Assembly: GCA_964406665.1 (NCBI GenBank)
Contig: CAYOSQ010000002.1
Span: forward strand, 3,598-67,597
Direction of reading: 5' to 3'
DNA from: an uncultured Planctomycetia bacterium
Lineage (GTDB): Bacteria; Omnitrophota; Gorgyraeia; VGKH01; JBHPFN01
Length of the DNA: 64,000 bases
Shown one piece after another: positions 16,340 to 25,879 of this stretch. The first letter of the stretch is position 1. Each line of letters starts with the position of its first letter. Under the pieces are notes generated by a model, which saw nothing but the letters and a program-made list of their open reading frames with translations, was not told where the DNA came from and did not search any database. Both the position numbers and the translations under genes were made by a program.

Positions 16340-17152
16340 ATGTACGAAACATTTTATGGTTTACGAGAAAAGCCTTTCAACGTAACTGCTGATCCTGCTT
16401 TTTTCTTCTCTAGCAAAAAACACAAAGAAGCTTTTTCGCATCTTGTCTTTGGAATCGACCAAAGAAAAGGGATTATTCTTATCACAGGAGAAATTGGCAC
16501 AGGTAAAACTACGCTTTGCAGGACGTTGCTTAATAGTATAGATAAAAAGACTAAAACAGCTTTTATCTTAAATCCGAATTTCTCCTCCCTTCAACTTCTC
16601 CAGATTATAATCGAGGATTTCGGGCTTATGCCTGAGAAAAAATCTAAGGTTTATCTGATTTCTGAATTAAATAAGTTTCTTCTTCATGAGTCAACTATTG
16701 GAAATAATGTGGCTTTGATAATTGATGAATCGCAGAACTTAAATCCTCGTCAGCTAGAGCAGATTAGATTGTTATCTAATCTTGAGACTGAAAAAGAAAA
16801 ATTACTGCAGATTGTTCTCGTTGGTCAGCCCGAGCTTCAACAGAAGCTCGCACTGCCTCAGTTGCGTCAGCTTAGCCAGCGCATCGCAGTAAGATATCAT
16901 ATTCAACCCTTAGCTGAAGATGAAATCGAAAATTATATTATTCATCGATTAAGCATAGCTGGTTCTAATGGTAGCCTTGAGTTTACAAAAGATGCCGTAG
17001 CAGAAATATCAAGGTTTTCTTCAGGTACCCCTCGACTTATAAATATCATTTGTGATAGGGCGTTGTTAGCCGGTTTTGTTAAGGAAGCCAGAAAGATTGA
17101 CGATGGTTTAATAAAGCAATGCGTTAAGGAGATTAATGAGTATTATTTATGA
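16340..17152 (+). CDS. ExeA/GspA family AAA ATPase (no peptidoglycan-binding C-terminus)
   Basis: MYETFYGL.EKPF, GEIGTGKTT, LIIDESQNL, RLLSNLET, LVGQPEL, G.PRLIN.ICDRALL. Confidence 0.9.
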   Translation: MYETFYGLREKPFNVTADPAFFFSSKKHKEAFSHLVFGIDQRKGIILITGEIGTGKTTLCRTLLNSIDKKTKTAFILNPNFSSLQLLQIIIEDFGLMPEKKSKVYLISELNKFLLHESTIGNNVALIIDESQNLNPRQLEQIRLLSNLETEKEKLLQIVLVGQPELQQKLALPQLRQLSQRIAVRYHIQPLAEDEIENYIIHRLSIAGSNGSLEFTKDAVAEISRFSSGTPRLINIICDRALLAGFVKEARKIDDGLIKQCVKEINEYYL

Positions 17153-17639
17153 TGCTTTAAAAAAGACACAAAAAAGGTTCATTCCAAAAGCGGATGCGCC
17201 GAGCTCGTCTGGGGGTAAGGATTTAAATTTGTGGCTTTTTATTGGTTTTTTAACAGTAGGCTTTATAGCCTGCGCCATTTTATTAGTGCTTTTATTTTAC
17301 AACCCTGCGCCGAATGTTCCGTTTACTTATTCTGATTCAATAAAAAATGTTCCTTCATTGCCCGTTGAGGTAGTAAAAGAAGAAGCTATTGCGACAGAGG
17401 TGACTGGCTCTCCTTTACTTCCTTCTGTTGTTAAGGAGGTTGAAGAAAAGGAAGAAATAAAGTATCAAAAGCCTATTTTAAGCGGTATTTTTGAAATGAG
17501 TGGTGAAAATTCTGCTTTGATCAGCGGTGTAATAGTTAAGGTTGGAGATTATGTTGATGGATTAGAAGTGCTTGAAATATCTAGCAACGAGGTAACCTTA
17601 AGCTTCAATGGAGAACCTGTAATCTTAAAACTTAAATAA
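17136..17639 (+). CDS. ExeB/GspB-like single-pass membrane protein
   Basis: MSIIYDALKK N-terminus, TM segment, LSGI......ALI....V.VGD.V.G..V.EI C-domain. Confidence 0.7.
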   Translation: MSIIYDALKKTQKRFIPKADAPSSSGGKDLNLWLFIGFLTVGFIACAILLVLLFYNPAPNVPFTYSDSIKNVPSLPVEVVKEEAIATEVTGSPLLPSVVKEVEEKEEIKYQKPILSGIFEMSGENSALISGVIVKVGDYVDGLEVLEISSNEVTLSFNGEPVILKLK

Positions 17640-17652
17640 ACCTACCGGTTTC

Positions 17653-18741
17653 TTATTTCATTCTTTCAGCTATTGCTTTCTTGATTATCCCAAGAGGTAT
17701 GTTTTCACGCACAATGACAGTTCCAATTTTTTTTGGTAGGACAAATCTATTCTTTTTATTTATGAATTTTTTGTCTCTAGTTTGAGCTTCAAGTATTTTA
17801 TTTAACCTAACTCCTCTTATGCTTGTAGGTAATCCGTATTTAGAAATTAGATTTTTAATCTTATTATAAGAAGATAGATTTAACATTCCAAGTTTGCAAG
17901 AGATGTCCGCAGCGCAAATCATTCCGATTGCGATCGCTTCCCCATGATTATATTTTTTGTATCCGCCAGCAGATTCAATAGCATGACCAATAGTATGCCC
18001 GTAATTAAGGATTGTTCTGATGCCTTTAGTCTCTTTTTCATCAGCCTGAACTATATTTGCTTTGATCGCACTGCATTTGCGCACTAAGAACTCTAACATC
18101 GTTTTGTTTAGCTTAAGTATTTGTTTAGAATTAGAGTTTAGATAATCAAATAAAGATCTATCTTTTATTATCGCGTATTTAATAACTTCTGATAAGCCTG
18201 ATTTTACTTGCTTTTTGCTTAAGCTCGTTAGAATGTTAACATCACTTATTACGATTTTAGGTTGATAAAAAGCACCTACGAGATTCTTTCCGGTGTTTAA
18301 ATCGATGGCTACCTTTCCTCCTATGGCAGAATCTACCTGGCCTAGAAGCGTTGTGGGAATCTGCACGAAATTAATTCCTCGTTTGTAAACCGCAGCGACA
18401 AAACCAGCTAGATCACCTATTACTCCTCCGCCTAAGGCAATTATAAAAAACCGTTTTTTTACATCAAGTTTAGCAATTTTGTTTATTAAATTGAAGGCTT
18501 GGAATTGAGATTTGCTTTTTTCGCTGTCAGGGATAAGTTCAAAATTTACAGAAAAGCCAGACTTAACCAGAGATTTCTTTAGTTTGATTCCATAAAGTTT
18601 TTTTATCTTAGCATTGGAAATTATTATGGCATCATCACCAATTTTTAAGCTTTTTAGTCTTTTCCCAATGGATGAGAATAGGTTGTTCCCGATTACAATT
18701 GGATAAGCTCTCTCTTTAAGATTGACTTTTATAGTTTTCAT
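17653..18741 (-). CDS. aroB: 3-dehydroquinate synthase
   Basis: GGGVIGDLAGF, PTTLL.QVDSAIGGK, KNLVGAFYQP, LNYGHTIGHAIE. Confidence 0.96.
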   Translation of the reverse strand: MKTIKVNLKERAYPIVIGNNLFSSIGKRLKSLKIGDDAIIISNAKIKKLYGIKLKKSLVKSGFSVNFELIPDSEKSKSQFQAFNLINKIAKLDVKKRFFIIALGGGVIGDLAGFVAAVYKRGINFVQIPTTLLGQVDSAIGGKVAIDLNTGKNLVGAFYQPKIVISDVNILTSLSKKQVKSGLSEVIKYAIIKDRSLFDYLNSNSKQILKLNKTMLEFLVRKCSAIKANIVQADEKETKGIRTILNYGHTIGHAIESAGGYKKYNHGEAIAIGMICAADISCKLGMLNLSSYNKIKNLISKYGLPTSIRGVRLNKILEAQTRDKKFINKKNRFVLPKKIGTVIVRENIPLGIIKKAIAERMK

Positions 18742-19346
18742 AAACCACCCATAATTAACATGTTAGTAATATATTTTACAAGCGGTATAATTATTTTGTG
18801 CAAGAAGCCTAAAATGTAAATCAAGAAAATAATTATAAACATACCATATTTTTCTATTTTAGCATATTGAACTGAATATCGATAGGGTAAAATTCCGATA
18901 ATTACCCTAGAGCCATCTAGCGGAGGAATGGGCACAAGATTGAATATTGCCAGAAGAACATTGTAAAATACAGCTAGGTATATAATTTTGGCCAAGGTAT
19001 CAGATGGTGACAGTTTTATAAGCGTGCTTAGAATTACAGCCATAATAATATTTGCTATCGGTCCGGCAATGCCCACCCAGATTATATCCTTTTTTGGATT
19101 TCTTAAATTAGAAAAATTTACAGGAACCGGTTTTGCATATCCCACCGGAGGAAGATTCATTAATAAAAGGGTAATCGGTAGCACTATAGTTCCAAATACA
19201 TCTATATGAGCTAAGGGGTTAAGGGTTAGTCTTCCTAAGAATTTTGCTGTATTGTCCCCGCGTCTATTAGCTACCCAACCGTGTGCGTATTCATGAATGG
19301 CCACAGAGAAGGCAAAGATGGTGATCGATATTATAAGATAGGTCAT
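18738..19346 (-). CDS. Site-2 protease family (M50)
   Basis: HEYAH, GRLTLNPLAHID, FNLVPIPPLDG. Confidence 0.92.
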   Translation of the reverse strand: MTYLIISITIFAFSVAIHEYAHGWVANRRGDNTAKFLGRLTLNPLAHIDVFGTIVLPITLLLMNLPPVGYAKPVPVNFSNLRNPKKDIIWVGIAGPIANIIMAVILSTLIKLSPSDTLAKIIYLAVFYNVLLAIFNLVPIPPLDGSRVIIGILPYRYSVQYAKIEKYGMFIIIFLIYILGFLHKIIIPLVKYITNMLIMGGL

Positions 19347-20224
19347 TTAGAGATTTTAATTTCTTCAACCTTAACAGTCGGATATTTTTTTGATGGTGCA
19401 GAAGTGATTGTGCCGGTGAGTTTGACTCGTTGATTTACGAAGCTGTTTAGTAGTTTGGTGTCTCCTTTTAGGTAGCATACTAATTTCTTTTTTTGCATAA
19501 GTTTATGTGTTCCTGGCCTGCCGAAAAATCTTCCCATGGGTTTGATTATTCCAACTGCGTCTAGCTTATTAGTAGATTTCTTCTCCGCGATAGCTTTTTT
19601 AGGCTTAAGAGTTGATTTAGTTTTTTTAGCTTGCGCATCTGCACTAACAGGCTTTTGTTTATCTAGGGTCACTGGTTTACTTTCAGAAGCAGCAATTTCA
19701 ATAACCTCTTTTTTTATAACAGGTTCAGGGCGAAGTTTTTCTTCAGGGATTTTATTGGAAACAAATTGAAGATTTTTTCCTAAAACCCAGCCAAAACATT
19801 TTTCAGGTGGCTTGACAGCATACCAATCACCACCCTTTTTTTCTATCACCGTTACTTTATCAACAGATCCGATTTGACAAAGAACTGTTGACTTAAGGTC
19901 TGGTCTAGATCTTACATTTATCCTGTTTCCAGTAATAATAGCCTGAGGTTTGATTCTTGAAGTTTTAACATATTTAGAGCTTACGTAACATGGAGTGTTT
20001 TGTTTTAACTTTACTTTATACCACCCATATTCTTTGCCTACCACAATAACATTTTCGTCTTTCACTATTTTTTCTAGAATCTCGAAATTTACATTGTAGC
20101 CGGCTCTAACATTAACCTTTGATGCAGTCACTTTATATAACGCAGGAAAATTTTCTTTGCAATAGGCATTTAGACACAAAGCAAAATAAATTGCTATTAT
20201 AAGTATTATTATTCTTTTACTCAT
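19343..20224 (-). CDS. Secreted SH3b-domain protein
   Basis: Signal peptide; two VNVR..WY..YV/WV SH3b repeats; Lys/Pro linker. Confidence 0.8.
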   Translation of the reverse strand: MSKRIIILIIAIYFALCLNAYCKENFPALYKVTASKVNVRAGYNVNFEILEKIVKDENVIVVGKEYGWYKVKLKQNTPCYVSSKYVKTSRIKPQAIITGNRINVRSRPDLKSTVLCQIGSVDKVTVIEKKGGDWYAVKPPEKCFGWVLGKNLQFVSNKIPEEKLRPEPVIKKEVIEIAASESKPVTLDKQKPVSADAQAKKTKSTLKPKKAIAEKKSTNKLDAVGIIKPMGRFFGRPGTHKLMQKKKLVCYLKGDTKLLNSFVNQRVKLTGTITSAPSKKYPTVKVEEIKISK

Positions 20225-20256
20225 AGCGTTCTGTTATCTGACTGAGTTTTCAAGGA

Positions 20257-20532
20257 TTAGGATTTTGCTTCATCCTGGGGTTTTTTCTCTCCCTCAGCTG
20301 GAGCAGCTGCTTCTGCAGGAGTTCCGGCAGTTTCTTCTGTGGTTTTCTCAGCAACAGGTTTTTCTTTCTTGAACTTAATTTTTACTATTTTAATCTTGGG
20401 AAGTCTGAAGACAGAATCTCCTTCCTTCCATTCGTCCTTTTCTTTTAAGTTCTTAATTTTTTCAATGCGTTTTAGCACAGAACGTTGTTGTTTATCTTTT
20501 TCTGAGCCTTTTAGTGAGCGATGAATCGACAT
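20257..20532 (-). CDS. PVC-superphylum signature small basic protein
   Basis: MSIHRSL.....RSVLKRIEKI..L.....W.EG.SVF.LPK.K. Confidence 0.8.
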   Translation of the reverse strand: MSIHRSLKGSEKDKQQRSVLKRIEKIKNLKEKDEWKEGDSVFRLPKIKIVKIKFKKEKPVAEKTTEETAGTPAEAAAPAEGEKKPQDEAKS

Positions 20533-20534
20533 GG

Positions 20535-21116
20535 TTACAACCTCCTAATTATGCAGTCGTTGTATTGTTTTTTTAGTTTTGCGCTAAAACTCTCAGCTTC
20601 TTTCTTTGACTGAAAATTTCCTACGCATACAATTACATATTCTCCTTTGGGAAGAATAACAATTTCATATCCATATTTTTGTAAACGAACAGCTTCTTTT
20701 TCTGCAAAAGATTTCTTTTTAAAGCTTGCTACTTGAATCGTATATGCATCAACATTTATTTCTTTAGTTTCGATTGAAGCAGGTGCTTTTTTTTCAATAA
20801 GTTTGGGCTTTTCCTCTTTAACTGTGACCTCTTTAATTTGTGGTTCTGCCTCTTTCTTTTTTGTTGCAACATCATCTTTTATTACGATTTTTTCATCTTT
20901 TGTTTGTACAGAGACAATTTTTTTCCCTTTCTCTACACCTAGAGAAAAGCTTATTAAGGAAAGCATTATGGCAAAGACAAGACCGATTATAATATGTTCT
21001 GGGTTTAGAGTGACTTTGAATAAATCGGTGAAGCTCCATTTTGATTTTTCTCGGCGAGGTTCGTTTGAACCTGTTATAAAATCATACTGGATTTGCCTCG
21101 GTTTTTTATCTAACAT
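20535..21116 (-). CDS. SPOR-domain membrane protein
   Basis: TM segment ending FSLGVEKG; YTIQVASF..A......L; V.VG.F....EA. Confidence 0.85.
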   Translation of the reverse strand: MLDKKPRQIQYDFITGSNEPRREKSKWSFTDLFKVTLNPEHIIIGLVFAIMLSLISFSLGVEKGKKIVSVQTKDEKIVIKDDVATKKKEAEPQIKEVTVKEEKPKLIEKKAPASIETKEINVDAYTIQVASFKKKSFAEKEAVRLQKYGYEIVILPKGEYVIVCVGNFQSKKEAESFSAKLKKQYNDCIIRRL

Positions 21117-21137
21117 ATGGTAACTATTATAGTATTT

Positions 21138-22202
21138 TTACCTATAGTTGCTCAAGTACTTTTTGAATTTTCTGTCTTTAGTTAGTTCTAAAAATGCATT
21201 GACTACTTTAGGGTCAAATTGAGTTCCGCTGTTTTTCTTTACTTCTTCAATTGCATCCTTAATCGTGATAGAAGATTTTCTATAAGGTCTTCCTGAAAGC
21301 ATAGCTTCGAATGCATCCGCCACAGCCATTATTCTAGCCGGTAGAGGTATCTGACCTTTTTTTAATCCAGAAGGATAACCACTTCCATCATACTTCTCGT
21401 GGTGATAGAGTATAATCGGAACCAGGGGTTTTAAGATTTCTAATGGTTTAATTATTTCTGCGCCCCTTAAAGGATGGCTTTTGATAATATCGAATTCTTT
21501 GCTGCTTAATTTTTTGCGTTTAGTTAGGATGCCAAGGGGAATATCAATTTTTCCGGCATCGTGAAGAAGGCTTGCATGTTGAAGGATGCGAATCTGATTT
21601 TCGTTAAGATGCATCTTTTCAGCTATGCCTAAGACAATACGGCTTATCCTTGGTGTGTGTGTATATTTATGCGGTACTTTTTTATCCATTAACGTTACCA
21701 AGGATTTTATACTTCCAAAAATCAGTTTCTGTTGTTCTTCGTGTAACTGAAGATTTTTTATAGCAATAACAGCCTGTTCAGCAACTGCAGTTAATATTTC
21801 TTTATCGAAAATATCAAAGTCCTTTGTGCTTTTTCTTTTTATTAAAATTAACCCAATAGTATCTTCTCCAACAAGTGGAACGCAAACAGAAGATTTCTTT
21901 AATAGCGATACACCGGATTTTATTATTTTGCTTTCTAATGAGTTAAGTTGCCTTTTCGTTTTTTGCTGCAGAGATTTCCTTCTTTTGGTTATTTCGGCTT
22001 TATGGTAAATATTGTTTTTAGAGAGATCCTGCATTAATATCGAGCAGTATTCTACTTTCAAAACCTGGGTTATTAGCTTGGAAAGCCGTAAAATCAATTC
22101 TTTAAGATCAAAAGTAGAATTGATCAGTCGGTAGACCATGTGGTTGATTGAGAGAACGATCTTATACTTTTTCGTATGGATCGAATAATTTTTTGTGTTC
22201 AT
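21138..22202 (-). CDS. GAF + HD-GYP domain protein (putative cyclic dinucleotide phosphodiesterase)
   Basis: LLHDAGK, HP..G, HHEKYDGSGYP, RPYR, GTQFDP; start uncertain. Confidence 0.88.
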   Translation of the reverse strand: MNTKNYSIHTKKYKIVLSINHMVYRLINSTFDLKELILRLSKLITQVLKVEYCSILMQDLSKNNIYHKAEITKRRKSLQQKTKRQLNSLESKIIKSGVSLLKKSSVCVPLVGEDTIGLILIKRKSTKDFDIFDKEILTAVAEQAVIAIKNLQLHEEQQKLIFGSIKSLVTLMDKKVPHKYTHTPRISRIVLGIAEKMHLNENQIRILQHASLLHDAGKIDIPLGILTKRKKLSSKEFDIIKSHPLRGAEIIKPLEILKPLVPIILYHHEKYDGSGYPSGLKKGQIPLPARIMAVADAFEAMLSGRPYRKSSITIKDAIEEVKKNSGTQFDPKVVNAFLELTKDRKFKKYLSNYR

Positions 22203-23319
22203 TTTCTGCGAATCTATCAGTCATGCTGGCAATATAATCACAAATAACTTTGTGTTTTCCGTCTTTTTTTATTCTAGCTTGGTTTGACGGCGGCAGCATG
22301 CTTGGGTCCTTTAAAAATACGATAAAAATTTCTTTTATAAACCTTTTTGCTTTATTTGCCATTCTGTTTACGCGATGATGGTGATATAAATTATTCTTCA
22401 AGTACTTTTTCAATTCACCGCGTTGGATCTGCATCTGCTTACTGAATGAAACAAGTGCAATTTTAGCAGATTTAACGTCTTTAAGCGAGCTTATTTTCAA
22501 TTTATTTATTTTAGTTTGAGTTTCGTTGATTAGGTCTGTAACTTGGTTATGAATAAGTGATTTTACAATTTGATATTTCAAGATACGATTATCGACTTTA
22601 AGGTTTTTGCTGTTAGAATTTTGATAAAGGTTTCTCCAAATTTTTATTTTTCTAAGCTTATCCATATCCAACAATTCAGAAGTGATGCCGTCGTCTAAAT
22701 CGTGGCTGTCATAAGCAATTTCATCGGATATGTTGACTACCTGAGCTTCTAATGTTGGTTGGCTTTTGGGTTCGAAGCCCGCAGGTGTTTTGTCTGGACT
22801 ATCAAATTTGCTAGAATGTTTTACAAGACCCTCTCGTACTTCCCAGGACAAATTCAGGCCTTTAAAGTTTGCATATCTTTCTTCTAGCACATCGACGACT
22901 CTGAGGCTTTGCATGTTATGTTCAAATCCACCATGTTTTTTCATTTGTTCTTTGAGCGCATCTTCTCCAGCGTGTCCATAAGGAGGATGGCCTAAGTCGT
23001 GAGCAAGGGCGATGGTTTCTACCAGGTCTTCGTTTAACCCTAATGCTCTTGCTATAGTTCTTGCTATTTGTGCCACTTCTAATGTATGGGTGAGACGGGT
23101 TCGATAGTAATCACCTTCATGGTTAACAAATACTTGAGTTTTATACTCCAGACGTCTGAATGCTGCAGAGTGTATGATTCTATCGCGGTCTCTTTGATAT
23201 ATGGAGCGATAGTCATGAGCCTCTTCTTTATGTATTCTTCCCTTTGTTTCTTTGCTATGCATAGCATAGCTTGCTAGATATTGATCTTCAAATTCTTCTA
23301 TTTGTTTTCTCGATTTCAT
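22162..23319 (-). CDS. dgt: dNTP triphosphohydrolase (dGTPase-like)
   Basis: RDRDRIIHS.AFRRL..KTQVF, RTRLTHTLEV, HDLGHPPYGH.GE, DYIASMTD. Confidence 0.95.
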   Translation of the reverse strand: MKSRKQIEEFEDQYLASYAMHSKETKGRIHKEEAHDYRSIYQRDRDRIIHSAAFRRLEYKTQVFVNHEGDYYRTRLTHTLEVAQIARTIARALGLNEDLVETIALAHDLGHPPYGHAGEDALKEQMKKHGGFEHNMQSLRVVDVLEERYANFKGLNLSWEVREGLVKHSSKFDSPDKTPAGFEPKSQPTLEAQVVNISDEIAYDSHDLDDGITSELLDMDKLRKIKIWRNLYQNSNSKNLKVDNRILKYQIVKSLIHNQVTDLINETQTKINKLKISSLKDVKSAKIALVSFSKQMQIQRGELKKYLKNNLYHHHRVNRMANKAKRFIKEIFIVFLKDPSMLPPSNQARIKKDGKHKVICDYIASMTDRFAENEHKKLFDPYEKV

Positions 23320-23783
23320 TTTTTTAGTTTTTTATATAATTCATCAAGGGATTGCGAGATGACTTTTGTATCAGAAATTACCGGCATAACATTTGTATCT
23401 CCTGTCCATCTGGGAACTACGTGAATATGTATGTGATTTGCGATGCCGGCTCCAGCTGCCTTCCCGATATTCAAACCAATGTTATATCCTTGAGGTTTTA
23501 ATATCTTATCAATGTCTTTTTTTGTAGTTTTAAGCAAATCCATAAGATCGGATAACTCAGACTTTTTTAAATCATTTAAATCTTTGACGTGACGATAGGG
23601 TACTATCATTATGTGACCGTTGTTATAGGGATAAATGTTTAGGATTGAGAAGGAAAATTTACTTCTTTTAATAATATAGTTTTTTGAGTCATCTTTAGAT
23701 TTTTTGACTCTGCAGAAAAGACATCCTTTCTGCTTGCTTTGTATGTACTTAATTCTCCAAGGAGCCCATAGTTTTTTCATCAC
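23316..23783 (-). CDS. HIT family hydrolase (Ap4A phosphorylase/FHIT-like)
   Basis: LWAPWR..Y, CLFC, N.YPYNNGH, AGAGI..HIHIHVVPRW.GD.N. Confidence 0.92.
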   Translation of the reverse strand: MMKKLWAPWRIKYIQSKQKGCLFCRVKKSKDDSKNYIIKRSKFSFSILNIYPYNNGHIMIVPYRHVKDLNDLKKSELSDLMDLLKTTKKDIDKILKPQGYNIGLNIGKAAGAGIANHIHIHVVPRWTGDTNVMPVISDTKVISQSLDELYKKLKK

Positions 23784-24265
23784 GGTAACTTTATTATTTC
23801 GCTTTCTATTTTTTCTCCAACATTAAGTAAGGCTAATGATCTATAAGGAGCGAAAACATTATCAGTGGGACTTCCAGGGTTAAGAAATAAAGTTTCCCCC
23901 ACTGTCTCGTTTACTACTTTGTGGGAATGACCAAAAATAATCACATCTAATTTTTCGTCGAATTCTTCTCCGGCTCGTTGTAGTATTTCGTTTGGGGGAC
24001 CATTTCCATGAAAAATTCCAATCTTGAACCCCTCGCATTCAACGATGTCCTTCTTGGGTAAAGCCTGTCTAACTTCAGGATAATCCATATTACCATAAAC
24101 AGCTCTTACCGAAGAAATCTTTTTTAGTTTTTCTAAGAACTGAATTGATACTATATCTCCAGAATGTATTATTAGATCTGCATCAGAGAGTGTTGCATAG
24201 GCTTCAGCTGGCATATCTGTTGCCTGGGTAGGTATATGAGTATCCGAAAGAACTGCAATTTTCAT
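23780..24265 (-). CDS. YfcE/MJ0936 family metallophosphoesterase
   Basis: SDTH, HSGD, GNMD, HG, FGHSH, NPGS. Confidence 0.92.
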   Translation of the reverse strand: MKIAVLSDTHIPTQATDMPAEAYATLSDADLIIHSGDIVSIQFLEKLKKISSVRAVYGNMDYPEVRQALPKKDIVECEGFKIGIFHGNGPPNEILQRAGEEFDEKLDVIIFGHSHKVVNETVGETLFLNPGSPTDNVFAPYRSLALLNVGEKIESEIIKLP

Positions 24266-25866
24266 TTTACGATAAACGGCCTGTTATAAATATTTAATAA
24301 TGCGTTTACATCTTTGATAGTCCAGACCCACATTTTTTCTCCTAAAGCTCTTAATTTTGCGTTAGTGTCTATGTCTTCCAGGGAGATAATAATTCTTTTT
24401 TGAGGTTTTCCTTTATGTTTGCGACATTCAGAAAGTAGGCGCAATACATCATCTTCTTGGAATTTACCTTCATTTAGCATTATAAACCAAACTCCACTCA
24501 TCGAATTGGCAATGGCAAATTTCCTCTTTTCATCAATAGAAAACATTTTGAAATCTTTAAGATGAGAAAGTCTGTACTTGTATCCGTTTAATTGAACAGA
24601 TTCATTGTGGAATAAATTGAATAGTTCAATTATTCTTTCAAAGGCATCTATTCTTTCTGCTTCGCCGAAGTCATCGACAAACCTCTTAACGGTATTTCTA
24701 AATGAATTAAGTTGGCTAGATGTACTGTAATCTATATTGGTTAACCCAAATCTAAATACGTACTTGATCCAGAATTTAAAAATCTTACTTGAAATATAAT
24801 AAAAACTTCCATTTCTTGAGAGTAAGTTTTGCTCAAGAAGTCGATTAGTTTTTAAGGAGATATCTTCTTTCTTTTTATGTAGTGAGGCACCGATATCTTT
24901 AATTTTATTATTTCCATCGACTATTGATAGCAGGATAGATATTGAAGTGGAATTATTTTTTCCCAAAGAGATTCTTTTCAAGTAATTGCTGAAATATTGA
25001 TTTAATATCCCCCACTTGTGAAATAACAGTTCTTCAAAAGAGGAGATAAGTATTTCTAGGGGAATCCCCTTTAAATTATTGCTCTCTAGTATACTTTTTA
25101 GTTTGTTGCAGATTATGTTTAAGTAAAACGGATGACCACTTGTAAAATCAACAATAAATTTTTTATAACTCTCCTCTATTTGATATCCATCTAATTCAGA
25201 GTTAATAAAGGCGATGCTTTCTTTTACGCTAAAAAGACCTAAGTCAATAACCTCAAAATTACCGAAAAGAAGAGAAAGTTTTTCGGTTAGGATTTCCTTG
25301 GCTTTAACAATGGCAGAACTGGCTACTATATACATACACTTTTTCTGCGACATTATTCTTTTTCCAAGTTCTTGATAAGGATTATTTATTTTTAACTCTT
25401 CAAGGTTTTGGAAATTATCAAATATGATTAGGCAAAATTTTCCCGTTTCTTTTGTGAATATGTCTGGCAAATCAATAATTTCTCTATAGGCTTCTGTGAT
25501 TTTATTCTTTTCTATGTTGACCTTTATTTTTTTGACTGATTCTATAGTTTTGGGAACTGCATCTTGACCTGCGGAAATAAGATAATCTAGGGAATCGCCC
25601 CTTAAGAAAAGTTTGGTTCTTAAGTAATTGAAAAGTAAAGTTCTTAAGAAATTTTTCAGGAAGTAATTATGTTCGAATGCAGCTATCTCGAGATAAATCG
25701 AAACTATCTGTTCGTCATCTAGGGAAGTGATGAAATTTTTTAAAAGAGATGTTTTTCCTGACAGCTCTTCTCCGATGAATGCGATATTCTGCCTGTATCC
25801 ATCTTTAAAATCGTGGATACGTTTGTTTAAAAGCGCTAGTTCTTCTTCTCTTCCAAAAAATCCCAT
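24262..25866 (-). CDS. Archaeal-type (MJ/AP-STAND-like) ATPase with wHTH
   Basis: FFGREEEL, GEELSGKTS, LIIFDNFQ, FT.GHPFYL; putative wHTH and nuclease-like C-terminus. Confidence 0.7.
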   Translation of the reverse strand: MGFFGREEELALLNKRIHDFKDGYRQNIAFIGEELSGKTSLLKNFITSLDDEQIVSIYLEIAAFEHNYFLKNFLRTLLFNYLRTKLFLRGDSLDYLISAGQDAVPKTIESVKKIKVNIEKNKITEAYREIIDLPDIFTKETGKFCLIIFDNFQNLEELKINNPYQELGKRIMSQKKCMYIVASSAIVKAKEILTEKLSLLFGNFEVIDLGLFSVKESIAFINSELDGYQIEESYKKFIVDFTSGHPFYLNIICNKLKSILESNNLKGIPLEILISSFEELLFHKWGILNQYFSNYLKRISLGKNNSTSISILLSIVDGNNKIKDIGASLHKKKEDISLKTNRLLEQNLLSRNGSFYYISSKIFKFWIKYVFRFGLTNIDYSTSSQLNSFRNTVKRFVDDFGEAERIDAFERIIELFNLFHNESVQLNGYKYRLSHLKDFKMFSIDEKRKFAIANSMSGVWFIMLNEGKFQEDDVLRLLSECRKHKGKPQKRIIISLEDIDTNAKLRALGEKMWVWTIKDVNALLNIYNRPFIVK

Positions 25867-25879
25867 TTTATTTCAATTG

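Noticed and set aside
22162-23319. dGTPase as an anti-phage gene
   Set aside because: Short housekeeping-type Dgt overlapping core genes, with no defence-island context
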